Shown here: positions 42,837 through 55,777 of the stretch, piece by piece
How positions within the stretch are numbered: position 1 is the first letter of the stretch
Layout: each line of letters opens with the position of its first letter
DNA from: Epithemia pelagica
Lineage: Eukaryota; Protista; Bacillariophyta
Reading direction: 5' to 3'
Length of the DNA stretch: 64,000 nt
Assembly (NCBI GenBank): GCA_946965045.2
Contig: OX337230.1
Span: 2,728,001-2,792,000 of the forward strand
Program-made: the position numbers and the translations under genes
Notes under the pieces: model-generated
Seen by the model: the letters and a program-made list of their open reading frames with translations, nothing else
Told to the model about the DNA's origin: nothing
Databases searched by the model: none

Positions 42837-42995
42837 CACCCCATGAACTCTTTCAGACCAAGTCTTTGTAAGGACCATCCTCTAGGTCTACAAGCAAGCA
42901 GCCACCTCCACCACGAAACCACCCCATGAACTCTTTCAGACCAAATCTTTGTAAGAACCATCCTCTAGGTCAAGCAAGCTACCTCCACCACGATA
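42837..42995. repeat. 83-bp imperfect tandem duplication (intergenic)
   Basis: CACCCCATGAACTCTTTCAGACCAA..CTTTGTAAG.ACCATCCTCTAGGTC at 42837 and 42920. Confidence 0.88.
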
Positions 42996-43081
42996 CAGGA
43001 TGCTTTACACCCTCACGTCTGGTGTTCGAGAGTTTTTAACGTGTACACTCTCGAAATCGACATGAACCGCTAAAAATTTGG

Positions 43082-45888
43082 ATGATAGCACTTGTCGCCT
43101 CATTAATCACCTTCATGACAAGCTCAACGGCATTAAGGGGCACTCTCCTTTCTTCGAACGATGTCGTTTCCTCTTTAGATACACCGCATTGTGGTCAAGA
43201 AGAGGCGCCATCTCTACCATCACTGCGACAGCACGAAGAATCCTTGCTACAAAACCATGCAAAAGAAGAAGAGGGACGTCAACGATCCGAACAAGAAGAC
43301 GATGGCGGTGGTTCTCGCATGCCCTCGTCAATAAACCGAATTTCGGATGTTGGATCACTTCAACGAATCAACATGATGTTTGTGGATCCTGAGCAACATG
43401 GTTGGAGCGTGATCGGAGACGTCGTGGATGTAACGACCCCGCATGAGGTACGGAGTACGGACCGTTGAATGTCCCAGGACGTAATTCTCTTTGTGCATGG
43501 AATCCGTGTAACTTGAAGCTCAAATTGTTTGCTCGGCCTTCTTTTCTACAGCATGCAAGGAGACCCAGTGCCAAGAAAGCGTTTTTACGAAGTGCTAAGC
43601 GAAAACGCAATTTACTTGAAAAGTCGTCCTTTTTGTCCTCTTTGGCTGAACCCGAAGGGCAAGATGAGCGCCTGAAACAATCAAAACACGGGAGTGCCTC
43701 TAGACCTCCACAAGATTTGTCAAGTCTCCAGCCAAAGACGACCATGCCCTTTGCTGGTACGTGCCATCGAACGAAATATATTGTGAATCCTTCTGCCTAT
43801 TATGATTCCTCCAAATCACGATCCACATATTCACATCCGCCTCGCCGTCATATGCTATCTTCCCCAGAATACCACCCATTCGCACCCTGGAGACGGACGG
43901 ATCTGGCACAGCCCCAACTCGAGAGCACTGAAAGCAATGACCCAGCAGCCGTTGCAAAAGGAAATCATGAGGAGCTCGGTACTGCATCAGTTTCTGCTGA
44001 CAAAGATCAACATTCTAAAGAGACAGGGGCAGCAGCATTGGCCGAACAAGAAAATGAAAAGACACAAGGGCCAAAATCGCAAGCAGAAAATGTACCTGTA
44101 GATCCACTCTCGACTTCTAGGCCTATTGATACGGTGGAAGCTTCCGTGTCCGATGAACACGCAGCTGAGACAATCGCAAAACCCGAGAAGACGAAACCAG
44201 GGAAGAATCGTCATGAAGAAGCGGAGTTTCAACATCATCCTATCGGTCAACCAAGCCTTCAAACCCCTCACAGATTCACCGCCTTGGTGAAGGGACCTGG
44301 AACTGGAACGTCCTGTCCATCCTCAAAGGATGACAATTGCCCGTCATTGGACGTTTATACGTATCACCTCGGACGCGAAGGATCCGAACTGCGAACCAAG
44401 GACACGGGGAAGCTACGTTTTGATTTGCCCGTACCGACCGACACAAATCACAAGAGTAAGGACCGTGACACTGTTGTCCCTGTTGTGATTGAATTTTATG
44501 TCTCTGAAGGAGAAAAATTCATGGAGACAATCAAGTATGACTTGACAGACATACATAATGGGACAACAACGACTCAGTTGGCTTCCGCAATTGCTGAGGA
44601 GTTTATTCTTCCCCTCGAAGTGGAAAATGAGTTACAAGAATCGATCGAGAGGCAGATCAAGGATCATCTTGAGCGTAACCCATACATACCACCCGTATCT
44701 GCCGTGGAGCCCAATTCGGGGGCGATGCGAGGGTCGGAACACGGGCCTATCTCAATCGCGTGGCACGGAGATGCGATCCGACTGACAGAACCGGGATACG
44801 AGGTGCCATGCACTGTCTCGACAGATAACTTAGAACTCAAAGATCGGCGGTCCTCGAGCCAAGCACCGGCGAACCGGACCTTGCTAAGAGCGCAGAAGGA
44901 CGCATCGGTTGAGAAGACGGTGAGCGTCCCTGGCTCAAAGGCAACCTCAGGTTCCGCCCGCCCACAGCAAGTACGACAACGTGCAGTAGGACCGAATTCC
45001 GAGGTAAAAGCAAGCGACTTTGTACCAGAAGTTTCCAAAGCTAGAGTCTTTGTCGAAGGCGGCTCTCGGGAAGAAGTCAAATCTGTTGTGTGTACAAATG
45101 TGACAGAGTCTTTCGTCAAGACATCGTTGGGAACAGCGGTCTCTCCCCCTCGCACGGTCGCTGAAGATGGTAGCACAGATTACTGCATTGTCTGCGAGAA
45201 ACCAGGACGTCTGCAGTGTTGCGATTTCTGCCCGCGAGCGTATCACAGAGAATGCCTTCCGTCTACAGGATCGGCTGACAAGTCTCCATGGATGTGTCCT
45301 GCATGCTGTCAAGAGCAGATTGGGCTCCCTGAAGATATGGTCGATGGAGAATCTGTCATCACGCGCCTTCAAAAAACATATGGACATGTTACCGATGAGA
45401 AGGTTCTCAGACTCATATCAATGGTTTATGAGATGATTGAAAGGCTTATCGCTTACGACTTTGGAAGGGTGTTTGCTAATCCTGTCACCGGAGTCGAAGG
45501 CTATGAGACTATCGTAAGAAAGCCAATGGATCTGGGGTCGGTGTTGAAGAGAGTTTCTGATGGTCGATATAACGGCGACGGTGCTTTATGTAAAGTTGTC
45601 GTCCGAGCATTAAATGATGTCGAATTAGTGTGGCAAAACTGTTTTCTGTTCAACCATGAAGGAAGTGCAGTGTTTCGAATGGCCGAGGTCCAGCAACGAC
45701 GTGCGGATGCGATTCGGATGAAAAGCTTTGACCACTTTCTGAGTGAGGAAATGAAGGAAGAAATCAAGATGTACAGGGCATCATGGGAGAGCAGAAACAA
45801 GGAAGAGAGAATAAGAATGGCGGAATCTTGCCCCCCAGCGTTGCCTTTGACCACAGGTGTCAGAGCATCTAAACTTGAAGAATCTTGA
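43082..45888 (+). CDS. Chromatin reader with SNF5-like segment, PHD finger and bromodomain
   Basis: Exons 43082-43447 and 43552-45888 (GT-AG, in frame). PHD CIVCEKPGRLQCCDFCPRAYHRECL..WMCPAC; bromodomain VFANPV..YETIVRKPMDL..WQNCFLFN. Confidence 0.82.
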
Positions 45889-46626
45889 GCTTTTGTTATT
45901 CACGACGGACTGAGGTCAAGGATCTCTATATGAATACGAGTACGAATAGGAGCGTGTCGAAACAGAAAAACTGCTGTTCGGAATCAACGGCGAAGCCTAA
46001 ATTGCTTCATCGTTTCAAAGGTCATTTCAACCTCAGCTCATGGTTGAATCTCTATTCAGGAAGTTTGCCCAGAATATTTCCCGCACATATCGATAGACGC
46101 ACTGAATCTTCGTTTATTGAGTTGTCGCTCGTAAAATGACATAATCTGTGAAAGTTTTGCCATTCTTCTGAATTATGAGTCATTTTCAGAGAACTACTTG
46201 TGGCGTCGAGGAATTCTGTACACATGTGCCATGTCTTGTCGAAGTGTCAGAGATTCATAATTTCTGGAAGTAGGAGCCATGATCGCCCAAAAGTCAAAAA
46301 CCAACGATGAACAAGAGCACTCAGAAAGACAACAGGACCCAGGAAAGAACAGTAATCGTACCAAAAAGGCTTAGATTCCGCAGAATCTTGGTCATGGGGA
46401 ATTCTATTTCATCGAATGTTCTCAAAATTTTCATCCTAATAGGTGTTGTAGAAGCACATTCACTCTCGTTGAAAATGGAAACGGCGACGTGAGTCCAACA
46501 TGCTGCTACCCAAGTTCTTCATATGTTGGTTCGTTGTTCGGACGTTTTCGCACATGGTTCGAGGTAGATCAAATAAACAAAACGGAAACTAAAAGTGTGT
46601 TCAGAAAGAATGAATATTTGTTTACT

Positions 46627-47997
46627 TCAGAGATAAAGACCTTCGGGTACATTTCCTTTCTTTCGATAAAGTGCCTTTTCCTTTGCCTTGACGAAATCTT
46701 CCTGGCGGACTTTCATACGGCGTTCTCTCAGGGCTAACATACCCGCTTCGGTACATACTGCCTTTATGTCAGCACCACTCAATTCGTCTTTTGCCATAAC
46801 AAACTTTTCCAGATCGACGTCGTCCGCAAGAGTCATTTTTGACGTGTGGATGTGGAAAATATGCCGCTTCGTTTTTGTATCGGGCAAGGGAAATTCAATC
46901 TTCCGATCAATACGCCCTGGACGAATCAACGCGGGATCAAGACTTTCAATTCGATTTGTGGCCATGATAACTTTCACATCCCCACGCTCATCAAATCCGT
47001 CGAGCTGGTTCAGTAGTTCAAGCATGGTACGCTGGATTTCTCGAGTTCCACCCGAACTCGAGTCGTATCGCTTTGATCCCACCGCATCAATCTCATCAAT
47101 GAAAACAATGGTTGGAGACAAATCATCGGCAACACGGAAAAGTTCTCTCACCAACTTGGGACCATCTCCCAGGTACTTTTGAATAAGCTCGGACCCCACT
47201 ACTCGCAAAAACGTTGCAGATGTCTGATTGGCGACAGCTTTGGCCAACAACGTTTTCCCAGTACCCGGTTCACCATACAGAATGACCCCTTTTGGTGGTT
47301 TGATTCCTATATCTTCATATAACTCCGGGTGTGCCAGTGGGAGTTCTACGGCTTCTTTAATTTCTTGGATTTGATCTTCCAATCCTCCAATATCCGCATA
47401 AGTTTCAAGAGGCGCCTTCTCTACCTTCATCACAGACACCATAGGGTCAGTGTCATCCGCTAGGATTCCAACAACACTCATGGTTTTATTGTGAAGCAAT
47501 ACCGAGCATCCAGGTTCCAACAAGTCTTGATTAACGCTGGACAAGATATTCACATAGTATTCGGGTCCTACTGAGGACGAGACAATAGCATGGTTGTCAT
47601 CAATCAATTCCTCCAGACTTCCAACACCAAGAGGACTTCCACGAAGTTCTTCTAACTTCTCACGTTCCTCCTTGTCACGCTGTTCGGACGGTTTGAATAC
47701 TTCATGATTACGGATGAACTCTTCCTCCAAAAGGAGAAAATCTTTCACTCGATCTAGTTTCAAAAGACGCAATTTGCATTTCGTTGCTGGTGTCGTTACA
47801 ACAGGGGTCTTGTGGATCCCTCCAGCATTTTTCCGCTGACGACGTCGGCGACCTCGGTTTACGGGACGCGGCTCGAAGCGCTTCTTCTTCTTCTTTTGAT
47901 CGGCATCGTCTTTGCCACCGTTGTTATTGCCGGCTCCGGAAGGGTCTCCAGAACCTCCTGGAGGACCTTCCCCCATTCCTGGAGGTATGTTACCCAT
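46627..47997 (-). CDS. RPT2: 26S proteasome AAA-ATPase subunit 4 (Rpt2/PSMC1)
   Basis: [39 protein letters not shown] and C-terminal PEGLYL. Confidence 0.97.
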   Translation of the reverse strand: MGNIPPGMGEGPPGGSGDPSGAGNNNGGKDDADQKKKKKRFEPRPVNRGRRRRQRKNAGGIHKTPVVTTPATKCKLRLLKLDRVKDFLLLEEEFIRNHEVFKPSEQRDKEEREKLEELRGSPLGVGSLEELIDDNHAIVSSSVGPEYYVNILSSVNQDLLEPGCSVLLHNKTMSVVGILADDTDPMVSVMKVEKAPLETYADIGGLEDQIQEIKEAVELPLAHPELYEDIGIKPPKGVILYGEPGTGKTLLAKAVANQTSATFLRVVGSELIQKYLGDGPKLVRELFRVADDLSPTIVFIDEIDAVGSKRYDSSSGGTREIQRTMLELLNQLDGFDERGDVKVIMATNRIESLDPALIRPGRIDRKIEFPLPDTKTKRHIFHIHTSKMTLADDVDLEKFVMAKDELSGADIKAVCTEAGMLALRERRMKVRQEDFVKAKEKALYRKKGNVPEGLYL

Positions 47998-48339
47998 CGT
48001 TTGTTAAAGTAGAATCCTGCCGTAGAACAAGACAATGCACTTGAGTACACACCGCAAAATACAGTGAAAATGATGGGACAAGGATCTCGTCCGCAAAACC
48101 GATGAGCGAGGAAGCTGGTCGAAAGTCGAAAATCCTCGCACTAACATCTCGCCCCCCATTTCTCCCCACCCCCCCCATTTCCAAACAGACATTTCTGTGC
48201 TCGAGTTGGCAGGCATTGCTCCACCATCACTTCACCGATTTGTTGCGAGAAAGGAAGTCTCTCTAGCGACTTGAGACTGATGGACTAGAAACAACAAGAC
48301 GCAGCTATCTTCACTTCGTTCCCTTGACTCATCAAACAA

Positions 48340-49700
48340 ATGTCTCTTCGAAAGCAAATGCAGTCCTCCCAGGGAGTGGCATCCATAGGAAGTCAACAGC
48401 AGCATATGCCCTCCAAGGATGCCGAACTGGCATCATCATCCGACCACAACCCCCAGCAAGCACCTCCATTCTTAACTCTTGAAGAAACTACCACTGCCGA
48501 CACTACCAATCTCATGCAGCATGCAGATTTGATAGTTCAGGAAGATCGTACAAGAAAGCGATCCTCGCAACAATCTGCGTTGATGGCAAATAATGGCTCA
48601 GAGCATTCTTATGAGGTCGACGATGAAGAGGATAAACACAGAAAAAGCGCGTCAGCAACGACTCTCAAGAAACGAGGTTCATCATCACGGTGCTCGTTAA
48701 AGACGGTTCTTTCATATGCAATGTTCACTGTCATCTTTTTGATCATATGGGACGCCATATTTACGCCTCCAGAAAAACGATGGATTCAACCTTCCCACAC
48801 TGATGGGTTCTTGAAATGGGTGCAACAACATCCTATTCAAGGACTGTTTGCCATCATAGTTGTTATTGCCGGAGCTGTTGTAGTCCTTGTTCCCATTGGG
48901 ACCCCATTAACTTTGGGTTGTGGGTACATATACAAAGGTGCTTATGGGTGGAAGCTTGGTCTTACCTTGGCAACTCTTGTGAGCATGGGAGGATCGGCAT
49001 TGGGTGCGGTCATTTGCTTCTTGTTGGGACGATACTTGTTTCGTGACCAGGTTCGGCAATGGGCAAGAAACAAGTATCCACTTTTTGACGCGATTGACAC
49101 CGGTACGTTTGAACACCACCTTGACTTCGACGAACGCACATTGTTCTCATTGATTCTGATTTCTACACAGCGGCGTCGGAGCACGGATTACGTATCATGG
49201 CCATGCTTTATCTTACGCCTATTTTGCCTTTGGGTCCTGTTTCGTACATGTGTGGCACAACGTCAATGGCTCTCAGCTCATTTGTCATTGCGAAAATTGC
49301 CTCTCTTCCACTCATGTTGCTGTACTGTTTCATTGGAGCGTCAGCTCGAACATTGATATCATCGGGTCCCCAGAAACAAGACGAAAGTTCTTCTGCTGAA
49401 AACTCGAGCGAAATGAAGTCAATCGAGGAAAACGAGCTCCTCATTGCATCTGGAATACTATTGAGTTTCGTGATGATTGCAGGGATAACGACCTATATTC
49501 GAAAAGAGCTGAACAGAATATTGGAACGGCAAGAAAAACACAAACCTGGAGAAAGAGCCAGCTCCTTGAACAACAATTCTCACCCTCATTCGGGAAATCA
49601 ACATAGCCATGGCATGATGAGCACTACGGATGACAACAATGATGATGGCCTTGAAATGGGGCATTCGATACGATCAGCGACTAGACGACGAGCTGCTTAA
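48340..49700 (+). CDS. VTT/SNARE-associated (TVP38/TMEM64-like) membrane protein
   Basis: Exons 48340-49102 and 49171-49700; PIGTPLTLGCGYIY, SALGAVICFLLGRYLFR and LYLTPILPLGPVSY. Confidence 0.85.
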
Positions 49701-49838
49701 AGATATCTGATTCTACCTTCTCCTCTGAACAAAGCAAGCGGCATTGTCTCTATAAAGCTGGAAAAGAGTGGATGGCTACTTTTGCATTTGATTCATAATT
49801 TCTCCTCCCAGCGACATGGAATGTAGAAAGTAATGACA

Positions 49839-51311
49839 TTATTCGAACACGCTTGTCTCATTCATACCACATGTAGCCATTTCAAGGACATCGAGAATCG
49901 GATTACTTGATGAGAGAGGGACAAATGCAGGCACAAGATCGCGGTCTTTTTCTTGGTCTTGTGGAGGTGGTTCTTCTTTCAGCGCTTGTTCGAACGAAAG
50001 TCCTCCACTTCCCATTCCTTCCATGAGCTGTTCAAACTGTAAGCGACGAATCCCGACGTGCTCGTCGGGAACTAGCTCCGCTAGCGTTTTCCATTCCAGA
50101 GCAACGCTTTTCCGTTTCTCGAGGATGAGTTCCGCAAGTCTTGTGGGGTCGACCAAGGATCTTGTACCTCCGATACGGCGCAATGTTGGTGGAGATTTCA
50201 AAAGCTCCTTCACAAACAAGTCCGCCACCCCATATTCTTGACAGCCATCAAAATATGAGAGAAGCCTTGCTTCATAAAAGTCATTCAAATACTTATTGGA
50301 GATCGCATCCTTTCCCTTTTGGCGTTTGGGATCGTTCAGGATTCGATGAACTGCTTCTTGGGTTGCGAGAAGCTTGAGCAAGTCAAAGTTGCCCTTACGA
50401 AGGGGTGAAGGAGCGCGATTTGAGTCCACACTCAAATCCAAGAACATGAGGTTACTCGGTTCGATCTTGATTTCCCTTCCGTCCTTTTCATCAGGGTCAC
50501 TATACGAGTCGCTCACATCGTTTTGCCGAAGCTTCTTGAGCGATTGCCAGTAAGAGTGCAAGGTTTCTTCGCCCATTTTCGACAGGACGACAAGGTCGTT
50601 TGCAAACTCTCGGGCTATATGTTCCCGCACTGAAATGAGACGGTTACACAGTCTTGGTGGATTTATCTCCATCTCGTAGTCGGGAACTCGTGGAAGGGTT
50701 GACTCCACTGTATATGTCTCAATAGGATTTTCCATCAGTTTGATGAAATAGGAATCCCAAGAGGGAAACAAGGTCATGTTCATAGCATTCAAACCATGAT
50801 ACCTGAGCAACAGACTGTTTTGGTCCATATCGCCCATGGGGTAAGTAACGTCATTGTCCCAGTCACCTGATGACTCAATGAAGGGATTACTGCAACTATC
50901 ATCAACTGATGGATCTGTAAAGTTTTCTATCCAGAGCAATGTCTGTTCGTCCCGCATTGACTTGAGGAGAAATGCAAATGATTGGACAGAGCATTGGTTG
51001 AGAAATGTATAGAAATCGTTTCGAAGCTTCCAAGACCCATCCTGGTGAAGAGGACGCTTTGAAGAGCTATCTTTCTCTCCGTTACCCCAAGAACCACTGG
51101 GAGATGGCGATGGACTGTCGCTTCGCTTCCGTGCGTTGAGCAAAACCAATGACTCGGTCAATGATAATGGAACTGGGGCTTTCCAATATGGTCGTTTCGG
51201 TCGAAATGAACTTGTGAAGCATTCACCTCCAGGTGCTTTGAGAGATATCAGAGCAAGAAGGGAGCATATCAGTATGCCGTTGGAGCCCGAAACCATTTGT
51301 TGCAGTGTCAT
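49839..51311 (-). CDS. Hypothetical protein, probably plastid-targeted
   Basis: Long ORF with a signal-peptide-like N-terminus ending GECF, followed by an S/R/P-rich transit-like stretch. Confidence 0.7.
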   Translation of the reverse strand: MTLQQMVSGSNGILICSLLALISLKAPGGECFTSSFRPKRPYWKAPVPLSLTESLVLLNARKRSDSPSPSPSGSWGNGEKDSSSKRPLHQDGSWKLRNDFYTFLNQCSVQSFAFLLKSMRDEQTLLWIENFTDPSVDDSCSNPFIESSGDWDNDVTYPMGDMDQNSLLLRYHGLNAMNMTLFPSWDSYFIKLMENPIETYTVESTLPRVPDYEMEINPPRLCNRLISVREHIAREFANDLVVLSKMGEETLHSYWQSLKKLRQNDVSDSYSDPDEKDGREIKIEPSNLMFLDLSVDSNRAPSPLRKGNFDLLKLLATQEAVHRILNDPKRQKGKDAISNKYLNDFYEARLLSYFDGCQEYGVADLFVKELLKSPPTLRRIGGTRSLVDPTRLAELILEKRKSVALEWKTLAELVPDEHVGIRRLQFEQLMEGMGSGGLSFEQALKEEPPPQDQEKDRDLVPAFVPLSSSNPILDVLEMATCGMNETSVFE

Positions 51312-51582
51312 TGCGCCACTTGATTGCGTTACTTCTTCTTTCAAAAAGACTATGACAGCACACGAATGGAACATCGGGCCACAGTTGAACGGAAGAATCG
51401 GAATATCGGCATAGGAATATCTTTAGGCGACCATATGGAAGAGAGAATTCGCCTCGGTGGGGGAAGAACTTTGCTTCCGAGTTGGGGCAATACTACCGTA
51501 CAAGTACCTTGACACCTCTTCGCGCCTGTCATACCTCGTGCTGGCCCCTCGGACTCGGGCGAATGACAGGCGGCTCTACACT

Positions 51583-52127
51583 CTACAAGCTGAGTTCAGG
51601 GAGTATGTTCCTGACGTAGACTCCTGTAGAATTTGTACCAGAGGAGTAATCCTGGAAAGCGTTCTGCGTTATTAGCGTCCGACTAGCGACTTCCTAGTGG
51701 CTGAAATAAATATTTTATTAACTTTAGTGTTATGTGGGATTTCTTCCGAACGCTAGAATTTCATCAAAAATTACGAAAAAACAGTCGACTGTGTTGACCA
51801 TGGTGGAGGGCCACCCCATCCGTTCGAGATGTTGCCGAGCTGCATCCAGGTGCCTTAGGGTGTTATTCGACCATCACCAATGGGGCAACAGCTCAAACGG
51901 TTGGCATCATCCACAACAACATGATCATCGGATGCACCCCACGCACGATAGTCTCGTACAAAACGAAGTTTTTCTGGGGGAACGCGAGATTGTAGAGTTT
52001 CGGAAGCACTTTGCACAACAGAGGCATAATTATAAGGGCTATATTAACAAAGATGGCTGGCGTGTATTACGTAGATTTCCTACTGGAGCGCTACGACAGG
52101 AACATTCTGTCTGAACTCAGCTTGTAG
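51583..52127. mobile_element. MITE-like element with ~47-bp TIRs and CACTA-like end
   Basis: CTACAAGCTGAGTTCAG (17 nt identical) ...CTCCTGTAG at 51583-51629 versus the inverted copy at 52080-52127. The right end reads TAGTG. No clear TSD. Confidence 0.7.
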
Positions 52128-53730
52128 TGCCTTCTCTCCGGGTGTGCCCATGACGGGCGAAAACGTACCGTTGGGCACATGTTTTCAACAAGGAATAACT
52201 CGATCAATATTAGCCCTACGACAGTGATCTGATGCATCTTACCAATCTTTTAGGCATTCTCTGTCACCATTTGATGCTCCATTTGGCCTACATAGGACAT
52301 ATGGGGGTCATAGGAGTGCCTCTAACAGAAGCTTGTGGTGCGTGCAACGTGTGTGGGCACATTATGGGCACATTATAGAAACTCATGTAAAGCTCGGCGT
52401 TTAGACTTACTGCGTCCTAGTATTTGAACTTGTAGGCAACACTTGGCTCCTGAGTCTCAGAGAACTCAAGGGACAGGTTGCTATTTGGTTGTTGAGGTCG
52501 CTGGCGTTGACGACGAGCACCAACAACAACGTCGATTCCTGTCAAGTTTTCATTCTCGTTGGCTCCAGACGGCGTGGTGACGAGGAGGACCTGTTGTGCA
52601 TTTGATGAGGCCGCCATTTCTTGTTCATGTTGATCTTGCTCTCATTGTTGTGGTTGTTGTTTTTGGGTGGCCACGTGAGTAATTGCAGTGGTCTGAGGGA
52701 GCTGCTGTCCCTGCTGCTGTTGCACTTGTCGTGCTCCTGCTGCTGGACGGTGCAGCGCACGATAGACATCTCCAGGGAATCTGTCATCTTGATTTATCTT
52801 TCGAAGCTGGTAAGATGTCTTGTGTAAGAGCTCACGTGTCCTGCTTCCATCCCTCATGTTGAGTAGCTCAACTTCCCAAGCCTTGCTGCCCCGGGCTTGC
52901 ACAATGATCACAGTTTCATTGCTGGCCCTGATGAAAGCCCTGGACCCAGGACCAAGCCGACTTCCTCCAGCCATTCCTTCTTCTTTGTCGTCGTCTGTTT
53001 TGTCTTGCTGTTATCACTACCCTCGACACTGTCGTTCTCTCGTTGTCTTGTTGTCGTGCTCAAGATATTGACACTTTTTGTGATGATTCCCATTACAAAA
53101 AGGTTCAAATACTTGAACGCAAAAAGCTTCCATAGAGCATTCCTCATCCTGATGAACAATCCCGATGGGGACTGTTCAAATAGCACAAGAACATGTGTTG
53201 CCATTGTATGATTGTTGGATTGGTGTGTGCGTTCAAAATTTTGGGGTACACATTTTTGTCAAAGAATCTTCTGGGTGTCCCCCGTGGGGTTCGCACTTCC
53301 GAATCAGCGCCGACCTGAACACGCCAGGCCGGACATGGCCGGGACGTGGCTGGGAAAGTCGACCATGGGACAAAAAATGGCGCAAAAGTGTTACAATGCA
53401 TCTGCCAAAAACGTCTCGACGTCTTATCATGGTCATAGGACTGTCATGCGACCTCCCATAATGGTGGGCCCACATGTGCCCAAGTGTCCCCAACTGTGCC
53501 CACATGCACCGTCACGGTGCACAAGCCCCCAATGGAGGCGCTCATATGACCTAGATATGTCATATATGGGTGTCATGGCATATCAAATGGTGACAGAGGA
53601 TGTCTTGAAGAAAAAGTTTGAGCATCCACATGTTGCCGTAGGCCTAATATTGGTCATGTTATATCTAGTTGAAAACATGTGCCCAAAGGGTCGTTTTGAC
53701 CTGTAATGGGCACACGGCTAGAGGAGGCAC
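52127..53730. mobile_element. Non-autonomous DNA transposon with long (~250 bp) degenerate TIRs and TA flanks
   Basis: 52127-~52375 aligns inverted with ~53480-53730 (shared blocks GTGTGCCCAT, TTGGGCACATGTTTTCAAC, CTCTGTCACCATTTGAT). GTGCCC motifs are repeated. A truncated minus-strand ORF lies at 52417-52974. Confidence 0.7.
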
Positions 53731-54166
53731 TAGGACATCTACCTAGGTAGTAGGAGTAGGAGGAGTTGCATCCACTCCAACCTACTCCTACGATGGTCAA
53801 CTCAGCGATCTCCGCCGACGACCGAAAGCAAAGGAGTATATATGAATGTGTGGGTGGAATGCTTGGAATAGCGGTGCGCTCAGTCCTCACCACTCTCCGG
53901 CTACTGGATCAGAGCGAACCAGTTTGACTTTCGTCTTGGTCGTCGAGAAATGGGACTCCGTCCACGTTCTTTGAGCGAAGACAGCTTCCATGGGTCGACG
54001 TCCATCGCTCGGAATACGTTCAAAGCATGATACTCTCATGCAGCGTGGAAGATTCCAACTGACGTGATGCGGATATGAATACGAGTACTCCTACAACAAG
54101 CATTAAAACGTGGTTGCTAGCAACGTGCACACAAACACTGAGCAGACCAAAACTCTTCATAATTCG

Positions 54167-55777
54167 ATGGCTGATTTCATTGTTTGCCAATCCTGCGAAA
54201 TGACAACAACGATGGAGAATACAAATGAGGCAGATATTGTTGTCCCCCCTACCTTGTCTGTTGGGCAACTTCGAGCATGGCTTGCGCAATTTGCCGAAGA
54301 CAATCGAGAGCATTACGAGAGTAACATGGTGCAGAAAAAGGAGTACCAGCGCTCTGCTCGTCCACCTGGTGGAAGCTTGCAACAGCATCTCGATCGAACC
54401 GCAAGTAGTACCAGCAGTACTGTCTCTTCATCTCATGATAGTCTTGTAGGTTTGCATGGGCGCAGCATGGACGAACTCTCCATCCAACAGGAACAAGAAA
54501 TCACAATGAAACCAAGGCCCGCAGATGCGTCCTCCTATTTTGACGTCGAAAGGCGAAGGTCGAGTGAAGACGATTCCATTTTTCAGCATCTCGAAGACGC
54601 GAGAGAACACAACGCGGAAGGCACAATCGAGGGATATTCGCATCAGGTTCTCGACGTGTTCAAGGAAGATGAAGAAGAGTATCGCATTGTATCAATTCGA
54701 AAGCTATTGGAAGCGCCGAAACCTACACGGCGTCATGATCTTGGAATGGCTTGGGATGAATATCTTGACGACGACTTCTCTGATCCATTTGCTGCCTTGA
54801 GACGAACGCCGGCACAGGTCAGTAAATCAAAAGAAACTGCTCTAACCATGTCGCCTAGTCCGAATAGGCCGCGCTTTACGAACAATGTCGGCTCGACCAG
54901 CTTACGTAAGGATACTATGGTTCACTCGCCATTTCGAAATAAGAATTTGAGCTCGGACGATGAAGTAGATTCCCTCTCAACGAAATCCCGTTCCAGTAGC
55001 CGCAGCCTACGAAGCCGGCTCCCTATGCTCTTGTGCAAATCTGGAAAAGAAGAGAACATCAAACATATCCAAAGAACATACCACAATGGGCCACTTCCTA
55101 GAACTCATCCCTTCCCCGCAAAGGGCCCACTTCGACCTCTTTCTCCGTACTCATTCCATGATACTTCAGACTTCACGTCAAATCGTGCAGCTGACGACTC
55201 TGAGTTATGCCCTTTGACAGAAAAAGAGAGTTTTCATGGTTATGGTGATGAATTCGCTCAGAGCACTGTTTCATGCCCCGATTTTGCAGCAGCTACCACA
55301 TACCTTCAGAAATTCAACGTGTCAGAGGCGACACAGCAGCAGGAGCAAAATCAGACCAATCGCCGGGAGATGCGCTCGCATCGCTTCTCTAGGAAGGAAA
55401 GTGAGCATCATGGTACATCGGCCATCCTTCCTGGAGCCGTGGATCCTGCTCTTAGCGAGATGTTTTCACTCGACGACAAGGACGACGGAAAACCTGGAAA
55501 AGTCAGATTAAACGACGACTATGGAGTTCGTACCAAGTCACGAAATGAAAGCAGAAACTCGGCCTTTGAGCGTGTTTCTCGTGTTAGTGAGACGGTGTCA
55601 CGGTTTGGGGGCAATGGTCGACGCTACTCCACGGTGCAGCTTCGGCAGAAAGAGCTGGAGCGGCAGTGGGCAACGTCTCGGGCTGTCCAACATGTGAAGA
55701 AAGTTCGGTGGCAGGTTTGCACTAGCACGGGCAATTATAAAAAGAGAATCGTGGTGGATCCAGAACCATCCACCTAA
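54167..55777 (+). CDS. Hypothetical low-complexity protein
   Basis: Long intact ORF ending KKVRWQVCTSTGNYKKRIVVD; no domain recognised. Confidence 0.72.
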   Translation: MADFIVCQSCEMTTTMENTNEADIVVPPTLSVGQLRAWLAQFAEDNREHYESNMVQKKEYQRSARPPGGSLQQHLDRTASSTSSTVSSSHDSLVGLHGRSMDELSIQQEQEITMKPRPADASSYFDVERRRSSEDDSIFQHLEDAREHNAEGTIEGYSHQVLDVFKEDEEEYRIVSIRKLLEAPKPTRRHDLGMAWDEYLDDDFSDPFAALRRTPAQVSKSKETALTMSPSPNRPRFTNNVGSTSLRKDTMVHSPFRNKNLSSDDEVDSLSTKSRSSSRSLRSRLPMLLCKSGKEENIKHIQRTYHNGPLPRTHPFPAKGPLRPLSPYSFHDTSDFTSNRAADDSELCPLTEKESFHGYGDEFAQSTVSCPDFAAATTYLQKFNVSEATQQQEQNQTNRREMRSHRFSRKESEHHGTSAILPGAVDPALSEMFSLDDKDDGKPGKVRLNDDYGVRTKSRNESRNSAFERVSRVSETVSRFGGNGRRYSTVQLRQKELERQWATSRAVQHVKKVRWQVCTSTGNYKKRIVVDPEPST

